Source of the DNA: Monocercomonoides exilis PA203
Lineage: Eukaryota > Protista > Preaxostyla
DNA: 64,000 nucleotides
Assembly (NCBI GenBank): GCA_001643675.2
Contig: LSRY02000007.1
Location: forward strand, 992,001 to 1,056,000
Reading direction: 5' to 3'
Numbering within the stretch: position 1 is the stretch's first letter; the number at the start of each line of letters is the position of its first letter. The notes below the pieces were generated by a model that was not told where the DNA came from, searched no databases, and saw nothing but the letters and a program-made list of their open reading frames with translations. Shown here one piece after another: positions 48,808 through 61,268 of this stretch. The position numbers and the translations under genes were made by a program.

Positions 48808-50326
48808 CTTTTTTGGAAAAGACAATCTAGTCCACCAATAATTTATCAACCTCATCCAAAAAGAGAGATAGATTACATTCAGAAACGGGTATTGAGCTTC
48901 TTATTTGAGTTTTAATTTTTTGATCCATTGTTATTTTCTAATGGAACAACAATTTTATTTGCAATTCAAATTGTGGGACGTTTGAAGCACTGTGCAGGCA
49001 TCGAATATCGATGGCATTTGTATATTCATGAACTTCTTCTTCTTCATTGGCAATTCTATCATTTCACTCACACCTTTTTGAGGCATCGACATCTCATTCA
49101 TCTGTCAATGCTGATGATAATTTCATCATCTCCACGTGCTTCATGGAGAAATCATCATCTTCTTCAAAATTTCCCTCTTTTCTTTTTTTTTTAAATTCTT
49201 CACAACGCATCAGCTATCCAATATGGAAAACACCGTTTTATCGATTTTTTTCTTCATTTCTTCTCACTTTCACAATTTTCAAGGGAAGTGTGAGAATAAC
49301 AATCAGAATATTTCCTTCTTCTTCTCCTCCAACTTTTGAATGGAACTGTTTCATGGACCGTTAATGCTGCAAACAACTTTTATTTATTTTCGGAAACAGA
49401 AATGTTAAAGAATGATGAAAAAAACACTCAATTTTAAGACTTTCGCTCACTTTAACCATTTTTTTTTTTTCGTTTTTATTTTTTGAGATATTTTCTTTTC
49501 TCTTTCTCATTTAAAACTTGTTGTGGACATAATATTTTCTTTGTGATTGTTTGACATGGAACATTGGAAGGAGAAACCGAAAGGGGGATGGAAAGAGTAA
49601 GTGATCTTTTGTTGCTGAAAAGTAACAATCGATCATTCAAACACCAAAAGAAAGCTTCTTTTTTATTTTTTTGTAATTCTCATTCATCTCATCAAATTCT
49701 CTTTTCATATACTGTGCTTTGATTTCCCTTCTTTGGTTCGATGAAATCGCACGAAATTTGGAAAAGCAAATAATGAAGCAGAACTCAAAGCTACTCACAA
49801 GAGCTGAAAACACACTTTTCAAGTTGATAATTGGAATGTGTATATTGTTATTGTTATTGTTATTGTAAACAAAAAGTAATTCAAATCAACATTTTTTTTT
49901 ACTCAAAACAATAATTTTTGCAATCAAAATAATATTTGAAATAAAATTAACAATTTTTGTTCAAAACATCAAGGAATTTTTTAATTACCATTTTTTCACT
50001 TTTGCATCAGCATTAATTCTGTTTTGTCCTTATATTGATGCATTTGTGAACAATTTTTGATAATATTCATTGATTAAGATAGAATTTAATTTGTTTGGGA
50101 AATATTTATTCGATAAAAACTTGAGATATTATCTTTTTGATTGCAATAATTCTCATTTAGTAAAAATTTTGGTGTGTTTCGAAATTTGAAAACTGTCATA
50201 ACTTTAAAATGTAATATTTGGAACATGATGCAAATAAAGCGAATCAAAAGAATGAAAAGGATAAGAACTATTTTTCTGAATAAACAAACAAAATTGATCA
50301 AAAACCAATTGTATTTTTAATAAAAA

Positions 50327-53300
50327 ATGATTTTGATTTTGATTCTCGCAAACTATCTGTTTGCTCATTGTCCCGCTCGGAAAATCGATAACAAAAATCG
50401 ATCAAATGCATTTACTGATGGTTGGGCTGACGCAGCTGTTGATACCGTTTTTATTTCTGAAAAAGGAGACGATTCGAAGCCGAACTGTGGAAGTGAAGCC
50501 GATCCGTGCAAAACAATTGAGAAAGGGATTGAGCTGCTTGGAGAAGGTCCCGGAGATAAGTCCATCAAAATTGTTGACTTCACTGAAATTCCATACGGTT
50601 TTCAATTTTCAAAAGATTTCAGCCTTGCGATGGCAGCAGCATCGGAACAGGGAACGAGAGGAACGTTCAATTTTGATTTTGAAGATCTTGCTGTAAAAGG
50701 GATGTTTCACATGGTGAATGAGAAAAAATTGGCATTGAAACATTTGACATTTAATCTTATTCCCTTTAAAACTAAACATTCGCCAATAGGAGCAGAAGTT
50801 GCATCTGCAATGATTCTTTCTAGATGCCTTGAAGGTGATTTGACAATAATGAATTGCGACATATATTTTCAAAAGTGGATTAATGAATATGCGCCATTTT
50901 CAATTTTGAGAGTAACTGAAGGAAAATTGTCAATTGATGGATTTTATTGGGGTTATTTAGACTATTATTATCTTTCTAATGTGGCCATCCTGCACATATC
51001 CGAAGATGTTGCTGTTCAAAAATTGAAGAGTCTTCAAATGGACCATGCAAAGCTTGAAAAAGAATGTGCCCTGGAACTTCAGTCTTCGTTCACTCTGGAA
51101 GGAAGCCGATTTAATTCCGTTGAGAGGGCAAATGCAGGGGCAGCGTTGCTCGAAGCGAAAAGTGGGGCAGACAGAAAAGTGATGATTACTATATCTGAAT
51201 GCGAAATATCTTCTATTCAATCACTGAAATCAGAAAATGGAGGTAGCATCTATTTTGAGATGATGCACCCGGAGAGTGAACTGAACATTGCTGATACAAT
51301 ATTTGATTGGGGAAGTGCTGTTCGCGGAGGAGGAGCGATGATCGGTTCAATGAAAGGGAAAGTGAAGTTGGAAAATGTGGTGTTTCGCAGATGCGAGGCT
51401 GTGGATGATGGAGGAGGGCTGCTGATAATGGACTTGACTCAGATGGCTGGATTTGATTGCAGAAACGGAACATTTCGGGAATGCAAAGCGAAGACAGGCG
51501 GTGGGATGGCAATACATTTGGGAGAAGAGGCAAGACTGATAGATAATATTTTGTTTAAAAATTGCTTCTTCAAAGAAAATTCAGCAGAACAGTGCGGAAC
51601 TGATCTTGCAATCTGCAGCGAAGGAGATGTTGAAATGAAAAAATCACCTTTTGACGAGGATTCCTTCAGTACCATTAAAGAAAACCGAGTTGGTGCGGTA
51701 AAGAAAGATGGAACAATTGTTTTCCATGACGACTGGCTGCGCTTTGACACAGCAGAAGTGGATGTAGATGGGATAAACGGAGAAGACAGCGTGGAATGCG
51801 GAAGAAGCGGGAAAGGGGCTTGCAAGACGATAAAGCAGGCTCTCTTAAATTGCTTGCCAGGCAGAACATTTACTGTATATACAACAGAAGATAGAAACAA
51901 ATACGACACCGATCCAATTACGATTGAAGAAACGATTGCTACAGTCACAAACAGAAACGACAATATCATCAGCATCACAACAGTGCTGGACGAATCGAAG
52001 ACGCAACCAGGCGAGGGGCTGTTTAATGTGCGGAAAAATGCGTATCTTCGACTGTACAGAGCAGATGTGCAAGTGGACACAACGAGACAGAGTGGGAGAG
52101 GAAACGGCCTGTTTGTGTGCGACGGAAACGAGGCGTCTGCTAACGTCTACCGAGTGAACATCTCATGCACAGATTCAAAACAGATGCTGAACTGTGTACT
52201 GATTGAGTGCAAAATGGGAACGCTCTCCCTGAGCGAAGTGATTATCTCCAATTTAAAATCTTCTTTTGCAGTCATATTGGTTGAAACTGCGAAAGACGTC
52301 GATTTAAGTGGATTGAACATGGACACCATCTCCACAACAAACACAACACAGTCAATCATCACTATTTTAGCAGAGTGCAGGCAGCTGAGCTTTTCCGATG
52401 GAAATATTTCAAACTGTTGGTCAACAGAACATAAAGTTGGAGGAGCGCTATATTTGGAGATTGGAAGCTTCAATAATTACAGCTTTTACGGTGCTGAATT
52501 CAATAATTGCTCTTGCAAAAGTCCGCAAACTGCTTCAAATGAGCAAAATTCGATTCCGAACGAAGAATCGAAAGGTGGAGCGCTGTTTATTCGAGTTTCT
52601 GATGAAATAACAGATACAGTAGATTTGATACTGAACAGAATGAGATTTTCTGATTGCTGTGCCGACAGAGGAGAACTTATGTATCTTTCGTTTCCGATTG
52701 GCAGAAAGCAGATAAAAGATGACTTATTTGAATTTGAGATGAAAGAGATATATGGAAAAGCGAATCTGATGCTTCTGGAAGAAAGAAAAGGGGGAGAGGT
52801 GAATATTGTTGATCTTCTGAGCGATGAAGCGAACAGACTGCCGTACCATTCGCAGAACATTTATGTTGGAGGAGAGAGGGCTTGCAACGACAAGATTTGC
52901 GGAAAAAAAGAAAGACCGTGTGATCTAATCAGCACAGCTATGGAGCATAGAATACAGTATGATAATTTGAAGATACATGTTATTGGAAGAGTCTTAGTGG
53001 GCAAGCCGCTTGTGGTTCGCGAGTACATTTCACTCACTTCTGCAACTGAATCAACATTTAACTGTGAACATGGATTTGGGACAGCTTCAAATTCATTCTC
53101 AGTCACGGAGAAGAATCGGGGCATCATTCGGATTGAATCGAATATGAAAGCGGACGAATCAATTGCAGTGTTTGAATCGAGCAATTATTACATAAGTTTT
53201 GAACACATTAACATCGAGTATCCAAATGCCATTGAAGGAGACGTACTGGATGTGATTCATTCGAATTTCAAATTGAAATTAACTGATGTTGTCTTCAGCC

Positions 53301-54424
53301 CCTGGTACACCGGATTGAAAGGAGAAAATGTGAAAGGTGGAGAAGGAAGAGCTCTTCCGTATAGGTTAATTGTGTTTAAGCAAGGATTTGAAACATTTTC
53401 ACAGCTAGTCATTTACGGGAGAAACGGAAACATCACAAGCGGCAGACAGCACAACGAATGCATACATGCAAAAGAAGGAGAGGAGGAGAATAGCCTTTTG
53501 AAATTGGAGGAACCAATTGCAATCAGCGATCAGAAGAATGAAATCGGAGAAGAGGAAAGTCTGCTGTGTTCGTGGGATTCTGGATTGCTTTGCATATATG
53601 AATCATTTCCCCTCACTATTAACGACAGCTTGTTTGTAGATATAAGCGATGGCGCGATTTTTTCTAAGTTTTCTCGTCTGATTTTGAACAACTGTAGCTT
53701 TGTGAACAATCATCCGATTGGCAAGAACTGGGAGAAGTTTCCATCAATACGGCACAACATCCGATCGCCAGACAAGCCTGATAGTTATTACATTATCGTT
53801 AATGACTTGGCAACTGGAAGTGATGGATTGGACGGGAAACCATTCGGAACGCTTGCGGAAGGAAAGGTCTATGGACATGCTGCAGAAAATATGGACTCAT
53901 ATTTCTTCACCCCCACTTTGAAGAATGCAACGATGATTAAAAAATCCAAGGGGGAAGCAGAGAAAAGAAAAGTTCGAATAATCGAATCAGAAGAAGGAGC
54001 ACAAGCAGTGATTTTCGGGTCTTATCTATTTCCATGTGAACTTACAGTTGAAGCATCAAAGAAAAGAGTGGGGAAAATGAAGGAGTGGATTGAATGTCCC
54101 GTTTCTGAGTATGTGACCGAAACAGAGATCAGAGTGGAGATTCCTGCATCGCTGCTGGATGGCGACGAATACACGTCATTGGTTTGCAGGCTGAGGTATC
54201 CAAGCGGAATATTAGAAGGAGAAAAAAAGAGTACGGAATATATAACTTTGACCAAGCAAAAGAAAGAAGATCCAAAGAAATTGACAAAAGGTCAACTGGT
54301 GGCAATCATTGTGCCTGTAAGTGTGTGCTCAATTACTGCAGTTGCGACTGTTGTAATCATTGCATTTGTGGTTAGAAACAAGAAGAGAAAGCAATACAAA
54401 TCGATCATTGAAGAGAAGATTTAA
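50327..54424 (+). CDS. Type I membrane surface protein (1365 aa), Pmp-like/beta-helix ectodomain
   Basis: Signal peptide MILILILANYLFA, three CGxxxxPC-type motifs, GGS/GGA/GGG motifs paired with FxxC/FxxN, TM segment LVAIIVPVSVCSITAVATVVIIAFVV and tail RNKKRKQYKSIIEEKI. Intronless. Confidence 0.85.
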   Translation: MILILILANYLFAHCPARKIDNKNRSNAFTDGWADAAVDTVFISEKGDDSKPNCGSEADPCKTIEKGIELLGEGPGDKSIKIVDFTEIPYGFQFSKDFSLAMAAASEQGTRGTFNFDFEDLAVKGMFHMVNEKKLALKHLTFNLIPFKTKHSPIGAEVASAMILSRCLEGDLTIMNCDIYFQKWINEYAPFSILRVTEGKLSIDGFYWGYLDYYYLSNVAILHISEDVAVQKLKSLQMDHAKLEKECALELQSSFTLEGSRFNSVERANAGAALLEAKSGADRKVMITISECEISSIQSLKSENGGSIYFEMMHPESELNIADTIFDWGSAVRGGGAMIGSMKGKVKLENVVFRRCEAVDDGGGLLIMDLTQMAGFDCRNGTFRECKAKTGGGMAIHLGEEARLIDNILFKNCFFKENSAEQCGTDLAICSEGDVEMKKSPFDEDSFSTIKENRVGAVKKDGTIVFHDDWLRFDTAEVDVDGINGEDSVECGRSGKGACKTIKQALLNCLPGRTFTVYTTEDRNKYDTDPITIEETIATVTNRNDNIISITTVLDESKTQPGEGLFNVRKNAYLRLYRADVQVDTTRQSGRGNGLFVCDGNEASANVYRVNISCTDSKQMLNCVLIECKMGTLSLSEVIISNLKSSFAVILVETAKDVDLSGLNMDTISTTNTTQSIITILAECRQLSFSDGNISNCWSTEHKVGGALYLEIGSFNNYSFYGAEFNNCSCKSPQTASNEQNSIPNEESKGGALFIRVSDEITDTVDLILNRMRFSDCCADRGELMYLSFPIGRKQIKDDLFEFEMKEIYGKANLMLLEERKGGEVNIVDLLSDEANRLPYHSQNIYVGGERACNDKICGKKERPCDLISTAMEHRIQYDNLKIHVIGRVLVGKPLVVREYISLTSATESTFNCEHGFGTASNSFSVTEKNRGIIRIESNMKADESIAVFESSNYYISFEHINIEYPNAIEGDVLDVIHSNFKLKLTDVVFSPWYTGLKGENVKGGEGRALPYRLIVFKQGFETFSQLVIYGRNGNITSGRQHNECIHAKEGEEENSLLKLEEPIAISDQKNEIGEEESLLCSWDSGLLCIYESFPLTINDSLFVDISDGAIFSKFSRLILNNCSFVNNHPIGKNWEKFPSIRHNIRSPDKPDSYYIIVNDLATGSDGLDGKPFGTLAEGKVYGHAAENMDSYFFTPTLKNATMIKKSKGEAEKRKVRIIESEEGAQAVIFGSYLFPCELTVEASKKRVGKMKEWIECPVSEYVTETEIRVEIPASLLDGDEYTSLVCRLRYPSGILEGEKKSTEYITLTKQKKEDPKKLTKGQLVAIIVPVSVCSITAVATVVIIAFVVRNKKRKQYKSIIEEKI

Positions 54425-55460
54425 TGAAAAGATCTTTAAATGAGATTTATTTTGGTATGTTTTTGTTTGTTTAAACTTTTTTTTTTAGAAACTTTATGTA
54501 GTTTTTGAAGAGCAAAGATAGATTATTAAATTATTACTATTTTTGTTTTTAAATTATCCATTGTAGAGTATTGTGGGGTTTGACATTTCTGTTTCAATTT
54601 CTTCTTTTTTCCCCGTATTTTTCAGAGAAATTATGTAAAGTTATTTACCTTCAAGTGCAGAATATTTTTTTCAAATGTCTCTTTTTGTTATGCTTTTCGG
54701 TAGTTCTTTGAGCTTTTGACCTTTTTTTGTTCAAAATTGGACACGTGAGAATGTATATCTGTTATGTAATTTGTTTAGTATCATTTTTTATGAAGATTTC
54801 TGATAAAAATAGCATTTCACTTTTTTGTTTTCATTATATGAGTTGAAGCTATTAAGATCATGCTATTTACATTTTATAGTTCAAAATGAAGAGTGGCTTT
54901 TTTCATCAAGAGTTTTTTCGTTTTAGGAATGCTTAATATTCTAACATGTACCTCCAAAAGAGTAATATTTTTAAATAATAATAATAACAATATTTTTATT
55001 TTTATTTTATTTTATTTTATTTTATTTTTGAGCGTGTGAACGAAAACTTCAAAAATTGTTGGAAGAGTCTCACAATCCTCCTGCACCATAAACAGAATCA
55101 CCAGGTGTTGGCTGATGCGTCGTTAAATTTTCAAGTCACAATAGATTCTATGGAACAATTTTTTGATAAAAGCCCAAATGAAACTCCATTTTCTCAAAGG
55201 ATCAGCAATACCAATTATTTAAAAGAATTTTAATGTTTCCATGATGTTATTATTGCAAGAAAAAAATAAAAACTTAACGAAAACAGCAAACAAAAAAGGT
55301 GGTAATCAAAAAATAAAAAATGAATAAATAAAATAATAAAATGAAAAATGAAAAATGAATAAATAAAATGAATAAATAAAAAAGCAATTATGAAGTTTAA
55401 AGATATGAACGCTTTTTAAATTTGAAAAGCGCCTGTGGATGAATAAAAAGAAAATGCATC

Positions 55461-58400
55461 CTAAATTTTAACTACATTCAAAAAAATGATGGTAGGGGTA
55501 AACAGTAAAAAACCCCTGCTCGCTAACTTCAAATGAAATCTTCCAATCCTAAAAAAAATGGTTATGACTAAATCATTAACTTCAAAAAAAATCACTCACA
55601 CCCTCAAAATCTTTCGAACCAAAGGAAAAAGTTTTGGTCTTCCCTTTGAATGTGAGCCTTTTCCAGTGATAATATGAAAGATCGGAGGAAGAGGATAAAA
55701 AGGTTTTTTTTCCTTTGCCTTTGTCGATTCTGTTTCCCAACGCTTCAGAAGAGTTGTTAATATATAAGCAGCTTCGTTCATAAGTTGTCCATGGAGATCC
55801 ATTGCTTGAATACCACGAGAATGGATTTGCTTATTTCTTTCTTCGAATATTGCTTCAGATGCTTCAGCTTGAGCAATCATTTTTTCTTTTGACTTCAAAG
55901 TTGATAAAGTAAAATATTCCTTTGATTTTTTATAATTGCCTTCTAATTTACATTTCTTTCCTTTTTTGAAAAGCAATTTAGCTTCTTCTGCAAGCTTCCA
56001 AGATTTATCTCGACATCTTTCAAAAATATCATCTTTTTGGGTAAAAATCAATAAAATCTTGAAAAAGCAAATAATTCGAATGCAAACCATCGATGTGCTC
56101 GAATTCAACTAATTCCCTAATGTCATCAAAACTTTTTCTTTCAAGCTTCGTTTTTTGCTTTGGAATGGCTAATTGGGTACAAGAGTTCTTTATTGTTGGT
56201 GCAGAAACGTATGCCGTATCACTGCTTTTATTTGACGCCTGAAAATCTGTTACTTTCGAAGAAGATGATGAACTTGCTTTTTCATTAATACAATCATCTT
56301 CTTCATCAAATTTTACAGTATTGAAAATGTATAAGATTGCGTCATTCAATTCAAAGTCTGTTTCTTTCAAGGCTTGAATAAATATGGATTCATCAATTGA
56401 TGGGAAAATCTCCCTCATTAAAGATATATCTGCATCATTATATAAAAGGCACTCATCCATAAAATGCAGAAGTTTCTGCTTTCAACAAAAGAATCAAAAA
56501 AGAATTATTAAATAAAATATTATACTAAAAGATCAAAACACTTATTTTTTTTTCAAATAAACAAAAATAAAAATGAAAAAAATGATTGGTCATTATTCTT
56601 CAATGTCATTTTCCCAACAATCAAATGTTTCGAAAAAACGGAGTACTTGATTCATCATTGGAGGTGCTTTTGCCTCTGAAGGAAAGATTTCTTGTTTATT
56701 GGAAATATTCTCCTGATTAGTTTGAAGCTCTTCTATTTCTTTTTGTTCTTGAGTTGTTTTTGGTAAAGGAGACTCAAAATGAGTCTCAGGATTGAGATTA
56801 TGCTCATTAGCCAGAGAATTCTGAGGAGAAAGTAATTGACTAGTCGCTAAAACTTCTGAAGATTGTTCTCGTTTCAGCATTTGGAGCTGATTGCTTTCTT
56901 CAATTGTGTCAATCCATTGCTCAGCAAAGCGGGTGAGCGAAAGAATTATCAATTTCATAAACAAATGGAAATATTGCTGATTATTTGCAATTTCTGAATG
57001 TTCAGAGGCATCATATTTTTGTGTTATATCCTCCAAATTCTCATAAAGAACCTGAAAGTAACTGGAAAGCGAGGTACATAACTCAGAAAATGAAGTGATT
57101 GATTCATTTCTCACTGCTTCTTTTATCTATAAGGAGAGAGAAATATTAATATTAATTGAAAAAAAAAAAAAAGAAAGAAAGAAAGAAAGAAAAAACAGAT
57201 AAAATTTCAGTGAAAATAACAAAGACATTTTTTGAAAATAAAAAAATATAGTTATAAAATACAGAATACAAACCTCACTTAGGCCAGTAAGTGCAGAATC
57301 TTCAAAATTCCAAATGGAGCGAGATATCACAGAAAATGAAGAAGTTGCTTCAGATGGACTGTTGACAACTAAAGGAAGATGATGAGAAAGGGGATGAGAA
57401 ATGATAAATGACATTAAAGAAGATAGAATTTCTTTTTTTTTAAAAGGAAAATGAAGCTGATATTCTGAACAGAATTCATTTTCTGCTTGTAAACCAAGAA
57501 CAGGTGAAAGGAGAGTAAGAAAGGCATCTTCTGATGGCTGTATGAAGGCAAATCGTTGAGTTTGAAAGCAATTCAAGCATTGAGATGAACAAGGAAGCAA
57601 AGCTATCTTTTCTTTTAAAATTTGCAGTTGATTTTTTATTTCATGTTTTATTTGATATTTTATTTGATATTTTTGGCTTTTTATTTTTGGCTTAGTTATT
57701 TTTTGTTGGATTGTCTTTTGTTTATTAGCATTTTTTGCTTTACTCTTTTTCTTTGCTTTTGGGTTAGCTTTCACTTGACATTTTTTCTTTGGTTCATTTA
57801 TCATCCTTTCGAAGCTGAATTCATAATTATCTTCATCACTACTGTCTTCGTATTTCTCTTTCTCTTCCTCTTTCTTTATTCTTATTTTTTCCTCTTTTTC
57901 TTCTGCTTTCTTCTTTTCCAGCCATTCCCAAAGGAGCCATCGCAATAATTCTTCCTCATTCATCACTCGCACTTCGAAGATAGACTGGATATTGCTCAGC
58001 TGATGAGAAGATATGCGAAAAAGTGAGGAAGAGGAAGAGGAGGAGGAGGAGGAGGAAGAGGAAGATGGTGAAGATGGTGAAGGTGAATGTGAAGGTGAAT
58101 GTGAAGGCGAAGGTGAATGTGAATGAGAAGATGATGAAGGAGAAGATGTAGACGAAGAAGCCGATGCTGAAACTTCAGATGAATACGAGAAAAGATCACA
58201 CAACCCCCTTTCCCACTCCAATAAATTCAATTTTTCTTCATTCTTTTGAAATATTTCATTTGTCGGCTCAATCCACACAACAAACAGAGAAAATGCATTA
58301 GACATTTCATGACACTCAGAAGGGAGGAGGAGGTGAGCTGGCTGAGGCAGATACTCAGCACTGTGGTGGAGAAAGAGGGCAACAAAGCCAACTCGATATG

Positions 58401-61236
58401 AATAGCCAGAGCGAGAAAGAAGATGGCTTGGAGAGCGAAGGTGATTGGATGTATTATTGTGATTGATGTTACTGTCACTAAAAGTGCGATTTCTACTTCT
58501 TCTTCTTCTTCTTCCTCTTCTTCCGCTTCCACTGCTCCTTCTGATAAAACCACTTTCACTTTCAGAATATGAGTCTATTTCTGAGTCTGAATCTGAGTCA
58601 GAGTTTGAGTCTGAACTTGAACTAGAACTTGAACTTGAACTTGAACTTGAACTAGAATCTGAATCTGAATCTGAATCTGAATCAGAATCAGAATCAGAAT
58701 TGGTATCAGAATAAGAAAAAGAATAAGAATCATCAGAAGAATCACTGCTTTTGTGGCATTTTGCAAATGGGACCGTCACAAAAGAGCCCGGTTGTGGGAA
58801 AAGAGAGGAAATAAACTCATTTTGTTGAGTGAAGTTTTGAAGAGAAGATGAAAAATGTGATTGTGAAGAAGAAGAAGAAGAAGAAGAAGAAGAAGAAGAT
58901 GATGATGATGATGATGATGATTCCATTGATGATTTTATTGATGGTTTTGAGACAGAAACTGCTGAAGATGCAAATAACTCTGGATAGAATGAGGGATCCA
59001 GCCAGGGAGGAAGAGGAGGTATTGGCAAATTGAAATTCAAATTGTGAAGTTCTTCTTCTCCTCCTCCTTTTCTTTTTTTTCCCTCTTTTCCTTCTTCTTT
59101 CTCTCCTTCTTTCTCTTCTTTTTCATTCAAAACTTTACTATTTTCTTGTTCTTCTTTTGAACAAGGAAGTTGATTTTGAAGGAAAGATAGCGAATTGTTT
59201 CGAAAAGATAAGAAAATCTTTGGATTTTGATTCAAAAATAGGGTAGAAAATGTGCTGAACGAGATCAGATGAGGAGAAACCCTGCAAAAGGAAGGGTAAA
59301 TGAATGGAAGAATGAAACAGTTATCTTTACAACCACAATTGAAACAATGAAATTTTGTGTTATTTTCCTTTTTGACACATTTGACAGAAGATGATGAAGA
59401 TTTAGATGATGATGATGATAAAGAAGAAGAAGAAGAAAATTCATCAGAAACATCGTTTAATTTCTCTTCCTCTTCTCTTTCTCTTTCTCCTTCTCTTTCT
59501 CCTCCTCCTTCTTTCTTTTCTTCTTCCTCCTCTTCCTCATACAAGAAGCTGACAAGCAGAAAAGAAATGAATTTTTTCCTTTTTTTCATCTGAGTGAATA
59601 AAACAGAGCGAACAGAAAGAGGAAGAAATGGATGCAAAAGAGTATTAAAAGAGCTCATAAGCAAAGAGGGAGTTAAAATTGGATATTTTGAATGGGAAAA
59701 ATCAAAATGTTTGAGAGAAGAAGAAATAAAAGAAGAGGAGAAAGAGGAAGAGGAAGAGGAAGATGAAGAAGAAGAAGAGGAGGAGGTGGTGGTGGTGGAA
59801 GAAGAAGACGAAGAAGAAGAAGTGCTGAAGATATCAGAATAAACAGAATAGAAGTGGAAATAGGCATCTGTAGCAAGGAAATATGTGGAAGATGTTTCTT
59901 TTGAGAGAGAGAAAGAAAATGAATTGTGAGAAAATGGAGAAGGGGTAATAGAAGAAGAGATGGATGAAGATGGAGAGGAGGAGGAGGAGGAAAAAGAGGT
60001 GGAGAAGGAGGAAGAAGAAGAAGGGGAAGGGATAAAGCCATTGCAAGAAGAAGAAGAAGAAGAAGAAGAAGAAGAAGAAGAAGAAGAAGAAGAAGAAGAA
60101 GAAGAAGGGACAAATGGAGAGGAAGAAGGTGTGATGAGTGAAGAGACAATAGGATCAGCATGTTCTGAGTGGATGATGGTGATTGAATGATTAATAGAAG
60201 GAAAGGAAAAAGGAGAAGGAGAAGGAGAAGGAGAAGGAGAAGGAGAAGAGGAAGAGGAAGAGGTTGGTGAAAGAGAAGGAGAAAGAGAAAGAGAAAGAGA
60301 AAGAGGAGAAGAAGGAGGAGGAAATTGAAGTGAAGAAGATGAAGAAGAAGAAGAAGATGATAGTTGAGGAGAAGGAAAGATAGGTGAAGGGTGTGGAATA
60401 ACAGAGATGTTCTGTGAAATTGAAAGTGGAAGAGAAGGAGAAGGAGAAGGAGAAGTGGAAAAAGAAGAAGGAGAGGAGAAGGAAGAGGAAGAAAAGGAAG
60501 AAGAGGAAGAAGAAAGAGAATAAGAATAAAAATCTTGCTTTAAACTTGTATTTTGATTATGACTATTATTATTATTATTATTGGCATGTCCCAGTTTGAA
60601 TACATTTCTGGAGCCAGAAAAATGAGAAAATTTAGCAAAATTCAAAGGTTTTAATGGAGACACAGACAAATCATCTGAAATATCAGAATCGCATATGCTG
60701 TTATCTTCAATATCCATTTGATTATTGTTGTTATTATTATCGTCATTATCGACTTCTTCCTTTGGTCGACTGATTATCAATGCTTCTGATTTTATGGTCT
60801 GATAACTATCTTTTTCATTTGTGTTGATTATTTCCCTTTTCGTTTGTTGCTCTTCACCAGAAGAAATCTTATCATTTCCTTCTTGAACAAATTCTTGTTC
60901 TTTCTTTTCTTCTTCTTTTTCTTCTTTTCCCTCTTCATCATTATTATTCTCCTCTTCCTCCTCCTTTTCTTCTTCTTCTTCCTCTTCTTCCTCTTCCTCC
61001 TCACTGAAAAAAGAGAACGGAGGACGAAAATTCCTGTGAAAGAACAAAGAAGGCAAAGAAAGTATGTTGATTGGAGGCAAAGCAAAAAAAGATGAAGAAG
61101 ATTGCGTTGTTATTTGTGAGTTATTTGTTAGTTCGATTTGCTGTTTATGTTCTGATTGAGAATTGAATTCTCTGGGTTCCATCATTATTGAAGGGGATTC
61201 TAATAATGAAGAAGAGGAAGAAGAAGAAGATGATGA

Positions 61237-61268
<32 letters not shown>

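Noticed and set aside
47580-49400. GC-richer, coding-like patches
   Set aside because: Probably decayed gene fragments, but no consistent frame or family motif could be supported by eye.
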